From assembly GCA_038873195.1 (NCBI GenBank), contig JAVZEV010000001.1:150490-214489 (forward strand): DNA of 64,000 nt, given 5' to 3'. The notes under the pieces are model-generated. The model was given only the letters and a program-made list of their open reading frames with translations, had not been told where the DNA came from and ran no database searches. Below are positions 18,284 through 26,191 of the stretch, in pieces. The translations under genes were made by a program, and so were the position numbers. Every line of letters starts with the position of its first letter. Position 1 is the stretch's first letter. This stretch comes from Candidatus Bathyarchaeia archaeon (GTDB lineage: Archaea > Thermoproteota > Bathyarchaeia > Bathyarchaeales > Bathycorpusculaceae).

Positions 18284-18857
18284 AGATTTCATGGAACTTT
18301 TGTTTCCTGAGGTTTTAGTTAAGAAAATTGAGATAAAAGAGATAACGCCTTGCACTGCTGACCCTGAAAGGATTAAATTTTTGGCTCAAGCTGATAAGGC
18401 TCTTGAGGATGTGCTTCCTATTCTTTACCTTGCAATTCCAAACGCGAAATATTCTGAAAAACTTGGCGCTTTAAGCTATAGGTACAAGCAACATTTGATA
18501 ACAATGTTTTCGACTGGAAGAATCGGAATGACTTATGTCAAAGACAGAAGTGAAGCGGAACAATTGATAGAAGAAGCAAAAAACCTCATAAACCATGCCT
18601 TTGTCTATCTGAAAATCCACGGAAAACCTGAACCAAAGTTGATAGAGTCAAAGAAGGAGCTTAACCCCACGAAGATTTACGAAAAACTTCCAAAGACCAA
18701 CTGCAAAGAATGTGGAGAGCAAGGGTGCTTCGCTTTTGCGGCAAAGCTCCTGAACGGCGAGAAATCGTTACATGACTGTTCTCCCTTGAGTTTGAAAGAA
18801 AATGCCGCAACTAGAATTCAAATTGAACAGATGATGAGCCCTATTAAACTGAAGTAA
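18273..18857 (+). CDS. Protein with a C-terminal RnfB/CdhD-type putative Fe-S cluster domain
   Basis: LPKTNCKECGEQGCFAFAAKLLNGEKSLHDCSPL. The N-terminal ~130 aa was not recognised. Confidence 0.5.
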   Translation: MSGKDFMELLFPEVLVKKIEIKEITPCTADPERIKFLAQADKALEDVLPILYLAIPNAKYSEKLGALSYRYKQHLITMFSTGRIGMTYVKDRSEAEQLIEEAKNLINHAFVYLKIHGKPEPKLIESKKELNPTKIYEKLPKTNCKECGEQGCFAFAAKLLNGEKSLHDCSPLSLKENAATRIQIEQMMSPIKLK

Positions 18858-18908
18858 AACCGCGAATTTAAAACATATTTAAATATTTTGTTTTGTTAAA
18901 TTATCACG

Positions 18909-19304
18909 GTGGAAATGTCTAAAATAAAAATTGATAAAAGACTTAAGCGGCTTGTAAACACTGGAATATGTCCCTATGATGACCCACTGAAATACGCTGA
19001 TGAGCTTAGAGAGCTTGCGAACGAAATTGCAAATGCAGAAGAAGCTGGAAAGCAAAGCAAATTTTTCAAAGCGTTAGGTGATGCGACTAGGCTAAGAATT
19101 TTGAAGCTTTTAGAGGTTAGGGAAATGTGTGTCTGCGAAATTATGATTGCGCTGGGCTTGACACAGCCTACGACTTCTCACCACTTAGGAATATTGGAAA
19201 ATGTGGGATTAGTAAGGAGTAGAAAAGAAGGCAAATGGGTTTACTATATGATAGCTGACCCGAGATTAATTCAAAATCTGCGCAGATTCCATGTTATGCA
19301 ATAA
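18909..19304 (+). CDS. arsR: ArsR/SmtB family transcriptional regulator
   Basis: LGDATRLRILKLLEVREMCVCEIMIALGLTQPTTSHHLGILENVGLV. Confidence 0.85.
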   Translation: MEMSKIKIDKRLKRLVNTGICPYDDPLKYADELRELANEIANAEEAGKQSKFFKALGDATRLRILKLLEVREMCVCEIMIALGLTQPTTSHHLGILENVGLVRSRKEGKWVYYMIADPRLIQNLRRFHVMQ

Positions 19305-19384
19305 GCACATGTTTGATTATTTATTTTCTAGAGAATTGTAACAATAGATTTAAATACTTTAATATGTTCCTTTTTTAGCTCACG

Positions 19385-19774
19385 GTGAAACATCACTTGA
19401 AAAAGATATTGGTTGGTGTTGACGGTTCAGAGTATGCGGAAAAAGCTCTGAAACAAGCAATTCAGGTTGCACAGAAGTTTTCTGCGAAGGTAACCGTAGT
19501 GAATGTTTATCATGCTCCTACTGGTCAAGAAGTGAGCCAAAAAATCTTAGATAAGGCTAAAGACATTCTAGAAAATAGCGGTGTTAAGTTTAATCTTGTC
19601 TCAGTTTTGAACCCCAACACTCCTAAAGTCATCACAGACATGGCTAGAGACGAAAAATTTGACTTAGTGGTGGTTGGAAGTCGAGGAATAGGCGCTGTCC
19701 ATGCGTGGTTAATAGGAAGCGTCTGTAACAAGATATGCTACGACTCGCCTGTTAGCGTGCTTATCGTGAAGTAA
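19385..19774 (+). CDS. Universal stress protein (UspA family)
   Basis: KKILVGVDGSEYAEKAL...DLVVVGSRGIGAV...GSVCNKICYDSPVSVLIV. Confidence 0.85.
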   Translation: MKHHLKKILVGVDGSEYAEKALKQAIQVAQKFSAKVTVVNVYHAPTGQEVSQKILDKAKDILENSGVKFNLVSVLNPNTPKVITDMARDEKFDLVVVGSRGIGAVHAWLIGSVCNKICYDSPVSVLIVK

Positions 19775-19800
19775 TTTCCTTTAATTGGAGGGGGTAAAAA

Positions 19801-20853
19801 TTGGAGTCTGCAAAAGAGCCTACATCAGCTAGAAAAGCCGAGCTTGGAATTTTCGAGAAGTATCTCACCCTTTGGATAGCTATATGCATAGTTGTTGGTT
19901 TACTCGTAGGAAGGTTTCTGCCGCAGTTTGGAGAGTTTATGGATTCTCTCAAGTTCCGACAGTTATCAATTCCAATAGGTGTTCTTCTATTTTTTATGAT
20001 GTATCCGACTGTTTTGGGAATCCGTTTCAGCGACGTAAAAAAGGCGGCGACAAGACCCAAACCCTTACTCGTCACAATCATTGCAAATTGGCTCATAGCT
20101 CCACCGTTGATGACGTTGCTTGCAAATTTAATGTTAGTTGACCCGTTACATAAGGCTGGAATAATCCTGCTCGGTCTTTCGCCTTGCACGGCAATGGTCA
20201 TGTGGTGGATGTTTCTTGCAAAAGGCGACATGGCGCAAGGGCTGATAAACACTGCTGTTAATGCGCTTTTGATGCTTATTCTTTATGCTCCAATGGCAGC
20301 CTTTTACCTTGGTGTAAGTAGCATTCCAGTTCCATGGGACTTGATCGCCATAAGCGTTCTTGTTTTTATTGCTTTGCCGGTAGCGGCTGGAGCGGTTTCT
20401 CGTAAAGTAATTATTGAGAAGAAAGGGGAAGAGTGGTTTAATAACGCTTACATTCCTTCTGTTGGAAAAATATCTATAATCGCCCTCCTGACAACTTTAA
20501 TCGTGTTGTTCTCGTTTGAAGGAGAAATAATGCTCAACAATCCTTTGCTCGTCGCGTATTTAGCGGCTCCTAATCTGTTGCATTACTCGATAATGATTAC
20601 GTGGACGTATCTTCTAGGCTATTTTGCAGGTTGGGCCTATGAAACAGTGATTGACACCACTCTTATAGGGTCGAGTAGCCACTTCGAAGTCGCAATTGCC
20701 GTCGCAACTACCCTTTATGGCATCGGTTCTGGAGCAGCATTAGCTACAGTTATAGGTCCGTTATTGGAAGTGCCTTTGATGCTCTCAGTCGTTAAACTTG
20801 GCTTGCGAACAAGAAAATATTTTCCAAGAAAGAAACGTCAGATGGTCCAGTAA
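19801..20853 (+). CDS. acr3: ACR3 family arsenite efflux transporter
   Basis: LGIFEKYLTLWIAICIVVGLLVGRFLP N-terminus, 10-TM layout, conserved LGLSPCTAMV Cys. Confidence 0.9.
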   Translation: MESAKEPTSARKAELGIFEKYLTLWIAICIVVGLLVGRFLPQFGEFMDSLKFRQLSIPIGVLLFFMMYPTVLGIRFSDVKKAATRPKPLLVTIIANWLIAPPLMTLLANLMLVDPLHKAGIILLGLSPCTAMVMWWMFLAKGDMAQGLINTAVNALLMLILYAPMAAFYLGVSSIPVPWDLIAISVLVFIALPVAAGAVSRKVIIEKKGEEWFNNAYIPSVGKISIIALLTTLIVLFSFEGEIMLNNPLLVAYLAAPNLLHYSIMITWTYLLGYFAGWAYETVIDTTLIGSSSHFEVAIAVATTLYGIGSGAALATVIGPLLEVPLMLSVVKLGLRTRKYFPRKKRQMVQ

Positions 20854-21164
20854 GAACAGATTGCCAATTTTTCTCCAAACTGATTTTTTAGGAATTGTAT
20901 CACGTCTTTTTCGTCAATGTAGCGGTTTCCCGTTTTGTCTCTACTCAAAGATATACCTGTTTCCTTTAATCTGTCTCCTTTGCAAAAATCGATAAAAACG
21001 TAATATGATTCTTTGCACGGTATTATTAGTCTCAAATTTGTAAGTTCTCTTGCCGGAGACAAACCGTTCTGTTCTATGTTATAAACAATTGAGCTGGGCT
21101 TTTTTTCCATGACTAAACGTTTGAATTCTTCCCAACTTTTGACTTTGACAACTTCGCTATTCAT
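20838..21164 (-). CDS. Hypothetical protein
   Basis: 108-aa ORF with non-repetitive composition. Convergent with acr3 and overlapping it by 16 nt. No recognisable motif. Confidence 0.35.
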   Translation of the reverse strand: MNSEVVKVKSWEEFKRLVMEKKPSSIVYNIEQNGLSPARELTNLRLIIPCKESYYVFIDFCKGDRLKETGISLSRDKTGNRYIDEKDVIQFLKNQFGEKLAICSYWTI

Positions 21165-21244
21165 AGTGATTCTGTTTAATCTATGGTGTTGATTGTTAAA
21201 GAATCTTTTGTGTGGTTTGCCTTGCGCTGCATATTTTGTTGAGA

Positions 21245-21275
21245 GTAACAGTTATATATGTAACACTGTTATATA
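21245..21275. promoter_or_regulatory. Tandem palindromic sites GTAACAGTTATATA / GTAACACTGTTATATA upstream of PadR 21306. Candidate operator plus TATA.
   Basis: Read directly. Each copy contains TAAC(A)-n-(T)GTTA dyad symmetry followed by TATATA. Confidence 0.4.
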
Positions 21276-21305
21276 CGTGCTCCGAGCACACAAGAGGCAA
21301 AAACA

Positions 21306-21686
21306 ATGTGCGGTTCCAACCAATGTCATTGCCGACATGACTATCCAGAACGAGGCTGGATACAATTCCTAATGCTAAGAATACTCTACGAAAAACCAAT
21401 GCACGGCTACCAACTTCTAGAAGAAATCGAAGAAAGAAGCTGCGGATGCCACAAACTTGAACCAGGTTCCATTTACACACTTCTACGAAGAATGGAAGAA
21501 AGAGGCTTGCTGGAGTCCAAATGGGAGAAAACCGAAGGCGGTCCAGACAAACGCGTTTACAAAGTAACCAAAAATGGCGTGGAAGCTCTCAGAATGGGGC
21601 TCAAATCAATTGTGCAGAGAAAACTGCTTTTCGACGACTTAGCACGCTTCTATGAAGAACATTTTGCGAAAGAAAACGGGAGGTGA
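21306..21686 (+). CDS. PadR family regulator with Cys/His-rich insertions
   Basis: PadR core FLMLRILYEKPMHGYQL...GSIYTLLRRMEERGLL...KRVYKVTKNG, plus an N-terminal MCGSNQCHCRHD and an internal SCGCH. Confidence 0.8.
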   Translation: MCGSNQCHCRHDYPERGWIQFLMLRILYEKPMHGYQLLEEIEERSCGCHKLEPGSIYTLLRRMEERGLLESKWEKTEGGPDKRVYKVTKNGVEALRMGLKSIVQRKLLFDDLARFYEEHFAKENGR

Positions 21687-21693
21687 AAAGTGA

Positions 21694-21879
21694 ATGTGTG
21701 GAGAATGCTGTTATAGAACCGGGCATCATCATGGGCATCACGAACACGGAATCTGCATGGGCTATCACATGCCACTAATGGATGTTGACGAAGAAATCAA
21801 AATGCTTGAAGAATACAAAGAAGCATTAACAAAGCGACTGGAAAAAGTTAACAAACGACTTGAGGCGTTAAAACATTAG
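21694..21879 (+). CDS. Small Cys/His-rich protein with a C-terminal coiled coil
   Basis: MCGECCYRTGHHHGHHEHGIC... followed by EEIKMLEEYKEALTKRLEKVNKRLEALK. It starts 8 nt after the PadR stop. Confidence 0.5.
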   Translation: MCGECCYRTGHHHGHHEHGICMGYHMPLMDVDEEIKMLEEYKEALTKRLEKVNKRLEALKH

Positions 21880-21935
21880 GAAAGCGTAACAAAAGGATTA
21901 TGGTTCCATAATGACGCAAAGGTAATCGATTGTGT

Positions 21936-22289
21936 ATGAAAAGGATTATTTTGATTGTTCGCCAAAACGAAATCAGCAAGATTTTCCCAAACGGTTTTCT
22001 ACTCACGCTAGAAGATAGCGCTTCTACCATCAACGCTATCAACGCTGCTGATGAAGAAATAAAGAAAAAATGCGGCAAGTTCCCGGTAGAAAAGCGTAAA
22101 AGCTTACTTCAAATGGTTTATCACTCACTCGAAAACAGATTCTACAAGCAAGTTGCAATTCAAGCATACGTGAAATCACAATTGCTGAATGCAAGAGAAA
22201 ATCCGCAAATGCCCCTGCCAGACGGGACAGTTATAATTTTAGTTCCTCAAGGTGGGTGTCAAACAGATTGGGAAGAACCTGTTGAATGA
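21936..22289 (+). CDS. Hypothetical protein, possibly a MoaD/ThiS-like beta-grasp with an internal di-glycine
   Basis: ATG at 21936 within track ORF 21930-22289. C-terminal PLPDGTVIILVPQGGCQTDWEEPVE. Confidence 0.4.
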   Translation: MKRIILIVRQNEISKIFPNGFLLTLEDSASTINAINAADEEIKKKCGKFPVEKRKSLLQMVYHSLENRFYKQVAIQAYVKSQLLNARENPQMPLPDGTVIILVPQGGCQTDWEEPVE

Positions 22290-22323
22290 GAGATTAATGA
22301 ATGGAAAAATAAGAGGAGAAATG

Positions 22324-22593
22324 CTAAAGTTTCTTGTATACCGTGTCTTTTTCTCTGACTCGCTCTGCAACCTTCAAACCTATACTCTGTCCTGCTTTGG
22401 CTTGTTGAACGTTCTTATGCTCAATCTGCATGGATTCTACAACTTGTTCGAAATCTGTTGTGGGTCCCTTAATGAGTATGGTATCGCCTACAGACAAGGG
22501 TTTAGTAAGCTCAACAACAGCCACGCTGATTTTTGGGAAAAAGTGAGTCACACGCCCAACCTCAACAACTTCTTCCTCACTCAAGCAGCACAT
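22324..22593 (-). CDS. EF-Tu domain-2-like beta-barrel protein
   Basis: VGRVTHFFPKISVAVVELTKPLSVGDTILIKGPTTDFEQVVESMQIEHKNVQQAKAGQSIGLKV, the pattern of translation-factor domain II. Confidence 0.5.
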   Translation of the reverse strand: MCCLSEEEVVEVGRVTHFFPKISVAVVELTKPLSVGDTILIKGPTTDFEQVVESMQIEHKNVQQAKAGQSIGLKVAERVREKDTVYKKL

Positions 22594-22633
22594 CTCCTAA
22601 AAACACAATAAGAGTAGCATTTACATAAATAAT

Positions 22634-23923
22634 TTATTCAATAATCTCGCCTTCCAAATGCGTTGAAAAGGCTCTCACAACTCTAACGCACAAGTTCTTT
22701 CCAAGCAGATTGCTATCTCCTTTTACGGCAACGGGTTTGTATGCAAAATTGCGTCCCACCCAAGAACCAGCAACCTTACCCATCTCATTGACTAGAATTT
22801 CGCCTTCCCATCCAATCCAGCGCTGATTTTTTTCAAAAGCAATTTTCCTCGCTAGCTCTGCTGCTTCGCTGCTTCTGCGTTTAATCTCCGTCAAAGACAC
22901 CAAATCCGCTTGCATCCTAGCCGCCGCCGTCTTGGGTCTTGCAAAAAACTTTGAAACATTCACTATGTCAGGCTTAACCTCTCCAATTAACCGCAGAGTC
23001 TTCTCAAAAGCTTCTTTGTTTTCACCTGGAAAACCACAAATAACGTCAGTTGCTATGGTTATCTGTGGAAAACTTGCACGAAAAGCGTTTACAATTTTCT
23101 TAAACTCTTCTACCGAATAGAATCTCCGCATACGCTTAAGAATTTGATCGTCGCCGCTCTGCACCGGCAAATGAGCAAACTTGTAGATTTTCTCGCTTTT
23201 GAAAGTGCAAATTAAATCTTCTAATATATCCATTACTAGGTTAGGAGTCATCATACCCACGCGAATCTTAAAGTCACCCTCAACAGTGCACACGGCTTCA
23301 AGCAGTTCCGCAAGATTCGTGCCGATGTCCCTTCCATAACAAGCCGTATCCTGCGAAGTAAGCCAAAACTCTCTAACGCCACCGGCAATGTCTCTTTTCA
23401 TTCTTTTAATAACTTCTTGAATACCATAACTCCTTAAGCGTCCTCTTGCAAAAACCACACAACAATAAGCGCATGAGCCTAAACAACCATAATTTACAGG
23501 AATAATACTTATGACTGGATTCATTCGCACGCATGGAAGATTCAAGCCAGGTTTAGTCTTCAAAACGTCTTCTAAAAAAACGGTTCTTCTGCCATTTGAA
23601 ACCTGCTCAACAACCTTAATGATTGCGTTGCCTGCCGCTGGTCCAACAACCCCGTCAAAACGCACCTCTCTACATAAACGCTCAAAATTAATTAATGGTA
23701 AACATCCAGCAACAATCAGTTTCTTACTTTTCGGGACTCTTTTCAGCATTTCAATCATGCGGTTTTCCGTGGGTCCTTTAACAGCGCAAGTGTTGTAAAC
23801 AACTATCTCTGCCTCTGTTAAATCATTCACCAGCTCATAACCAGCTTCCGCTAAACAACCTGCCAAAACCTCGCCGTCCGCTAAATTTGTTGAACACCCG
23901 AAACTCTTAACGAAAACGCGCAT
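22634..23923 (-). CDS. Archaeal MiaB-like tRNA methylthiotransferase (MtaB/CDKAL1-type)
   Basis: MTTase N-domain MRVFVKSFGCSTNLADGE, radical SAM CLGSCAYCC, C-terminal TRAM-like domain. Confidence 0.85.
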   Translation of the reverse strand: MRVFVKSFGCSTNLADGEVLAGCLAEAGYELVNDLTEAEIVVYNTCAVKGPTENRMIEMLKRVPKSKKLIVAGCLPLINFERLCREVRFDGVVGPAAGNAIIKVVEQVSNGRRTVFLEDVLKTKPGLNLPCVRMNPVISIIPVNYGCLGSCAYCCVVFARGRLRSYGIQEVIKRMKRDIAGGVREFWLTSQDTACYGRDIGTNLAELLEAVCTVEGDFKIRVGMMTPNLVMDILEDLICTFKSEKIYKFAHLPVQSGDDQILKRMRRFYSVEEFKKIVNAFRASFPQITIATDVICGFPGENKEAFEKTLRLIGEVKPDIVNVSKFFARPKTAAARMQADLVSLTEIKRRSSEAAELARKIAFEKNQRWIGWEGEILVNEMGKVAGSWVGRNFAYKPVAVKGDSNLLGKNLCVRVVRAFSTHLEGEIIE

Positions 23924-24130
23924 GCCACTTCATCGCGATACATTAAATGCTTTAACAAGGAATAAAAACATAGAGGTTGCCGACTGCCGGAATTTACAGA
24001 AATCTGAAACGGGTTATAAAGAATGTTTAAATAGAAAGGAACTAACATATTTAAAACATATTTATATCATATTATGAAGAAGTATAACTTGTAACCCTAA
24101 TTCTCTTGCTTACCCGGAGGGAGAAATGAA

Positions 24131-24286
24131 TTGAAGTTAATCACACTGTATTTACCCGAACCCTATATTAAAGCTTTAGACCACCTCGTAAACGAAAAGT
24201 TTTACCCAAACCGTGCAGAAGCAATCCGCGTAGCTATCCGTGACTTAATTAATGATGAAGTTATGCGGTGGAAAAAGGTTGGCTAA
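24131..24286 (+). CDS. Ribbon-helix-helix (CopG-like) protein, CdrS-like, directly upstream of ftsZ
   Basis: Own translation; 51 aa, below the track cut-off. Sequence: (M)KLITLYLPEPYIKALDHLVNEKFYPNRAEAIRVAIRDLINDEVMRWKKVG. TTG start 10 nt after GGAGGG (24116-24121). TAA at 24284-24286, 1 nt before the ftsZ ATG. Confidence 0.65.
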   Translation: MKLITLYLPEPYIKALDHLVNEKFYPNRAEAIRVAIRDLINDEVMRWKKVG

Positions 24287-24287
24287 A

Positions 24288-25397
24288 ATGCAACCCGCAG
24301 AACATGCGCTTAAGTACGCGTGGCAAGGCATGACCGCCGAGGAGATTCTACAGTCTAGCAACTGCCGCATTGTAGTAGTCGGAGTCGGCGGAGCTGGAAA
24401 TAACACTGTTTCGCGACTAATGGAGATGGGAATAACAGGCGCCGAATGCATAGCAATAAACACAGACGCGCTTCACCTCACCGCCTCAAGAGGACACCAA
24501 AAAATCCTGATAGGCGAAAAACTCACTAAGGGGCTTGGTGTTGGCGGCGACCCAACACTTGGAAGAGCAGCAATTGAAGAATCCAAAAAGCGCATTGAAG
24601 ATTTGCTTTCTGGCGCGGGCATAGTTTTCATAACTGCTGGTTTAGGAGGCGGAACTGGAACTGGCGCTGCACCAGTTATCGCGGAAATTGCAAGGCGAAA
24701 AGGCGCAATAACCGTAGGCGTTGTAACTACCCCCTTCAGAATAGAAAAGGGTCGAATTGAATATGCCGCCGCAGCGTTAACTGAAATGCGCAGAAACTGC
24801 GACACCGTGGTCGTAATAGATAACAACAAGTTAATGCAGCTCGTGCCACAATTGCCCATTAACGAAGCCTTCAGAATTGCAGACCAAGTGTTAGCAAACA
24901 TGATTAAAGGCATTGTCGAAACAATCTCAGCCCCAAGCCTCATAAACCTTGACTTCGCAGACTTCAAAACCATTGTTAAACGAGGCGGAGTGGCCGTTGT
25001 AGGAGTAGGCGAATCTGACGCGCCTAACAGAGCAGAAGAAGCCGTGCGAAATGCTCTAAGAAGTCCACTGCTTGACGTGGATTATGCCGGCGCAACCGGA
25101 GCCCTAATTCACGTGACAGGCGATGCACACATGACAATTGAAGAGGCAAACCGTGTAGGCGAAATCGTTACTGAAATGATGGACACAAACGCATTAGTCA
25201 TATGGGGAGCAAGAGTCAACCCAGAACAAGACGGCAAACTAAAAGTCACGCTCGTCATGACCGGCGTAAACTCACCACATATTCTAAGCGGATTCGGAAC
25301 AATCGCGCCACAACTTTTCAATCTAGAACCCTACGCAGAGCCAGAAAAGAAACTCGACTTAAATCTAAACCTCTACCAAATGGAAAACTTCCTCTAA
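24288..25397 (+). CDS. ftsZ: Cell division GTPase FtsZ
   Basis: GVGGAGNNTV and GLGGGTGTGAAPVIAEIA tubulin signature. I prefer ATG 24288 (MQPAEH...) over track start 24252, which lies inside the RHH gene. Confidence 0.95.
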   Translation: MQPAEHALKYAWQGMTAEEILQSSNCRIVVVGVGGAGNNTVSRLMEMGITGAECIAINTDALHLTASRGHQKILIGEKLTKGLGVGGDPTLGRAAIEESKKRIEDLLSGAGIVFITAGLGGGTGTGAAPVIAEIARRKGAITVGVVTTPFRIEKGRIEYAAAALTEMRRNCDTVVVIDNNKLMQLVPQLPINEAFRIADQVLANMIKGIVETISAPSLINLDFADFKTIVKRGGVAVVGVGESDAPNRAEEAVRNALRSPLLDVDYAGATGALIHVTGDAHMTIEEANRVGEIVTEMMDTNALVIWGARVNPEQDGKLKVTLVMTGVNSPHILSGFGTIAPQLFNLEPYAEPEKKLDLNLNLYQMENFL

Positions 25398-25542
25398 CTC
25401 CTCTCTCTTTTTGTAAATATGTCTCAGAAAAGTACTCGGTAAATCCCACTTCTACACAGCAACAAGAAACCTACACTTCTAAAGTTTTTCAAGAATTTGA
25501 GTAGAGAACAAGACATTCTCATCCTTAAAGAACAGTGAATTG

Positions 25543-26187
25543 TTAATGCAATTTCCTTTTCAAGGACAAAATCTCTCTTTTCAATCTCATCGTTAATGGT
25601 ATAGCACTGCCCAAGGGTTCACATAACCCCTTTTTTATTGCTCTCATTATCTTGTCAATCTGTGATTCAGCGTTAACAATTGTGTATGCGCAACCGATTT
25701 CTGGAGCGTAATGAGCGTCGCTGCCAGCAACTTGGCTAATCCCTAAGCGCAAAGCAATTTCTCTACTATGTTTAACAGAATATTTGAATGGGAAGGCAGA
25801 AGCGTTAATCACTTCCACTGCGTCAAACTTTGAATTCGTGTGCTTCCCCAAACTTCCTTTAAAGAAAGTTGCAGGGTGACATGCTACTGCAATGCCGCCA
25901 GCCCCATGTATCTTATCCACAGTTTCGTCTACGGTGAGTTTTGGCGGAATTGGTTCTTGAACATTAAGTCCTAAGATGTGTCCGTTCAAACTTGAAATTT
26001 CAATTCCCGGAATGATTAAAAAGTCGGTTTTTTTGATCATTTTTAGGGCGCCGTCGATTCTGTCGTGGTCTGTTATTGCTATGCCGTTTAATCCGCGTTT
26101 TTTAGCGTAGAAAACGAGTTGTTCTGGCGTGATTGAGGAGTCGTAAGAATAGTGAGTGTGAACGTGGAGGTCGATTTTTAACTGCAA
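25543..26187 (-). CDS. PHP-domain metal-dependent phosphoesterase
   Basis: IDLHVHTHYSYDSS N-terminal His motif, GIAITDHD, and later GSDAH. Confidence 0.8.
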   Translation of the reverse strand: MQLKIDLHVHTHYSYDSSITPEQLVFYAKKRGLNGIAITDHDRIDGALKMIKKTDFLIIPGIEISSLNGHILGLNVQEPIPPKLTVDETVDKIHGAGGIAVACHPATFFKGSLGKHTNSKFDAVEVINASAFPFKYSVKHSREIALRLGISQVAGSDAHYAPEIGCAYTIVNAESQIDKIMRAIKKGLCEPLGSAIPLTMRLKREILSLKRKLH

Positions 26188-26191
26188 AGTT

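Noticed and set aside
24252-24287. Track start codon 24252 for ftsZ (MMKLCGGKRLAK...).
   Set aside because: These 12 codons overlap the 3' end of the RHH ORF in another frame and are not FtsZ-like. ATG 24288 directly follows the RHH stop.
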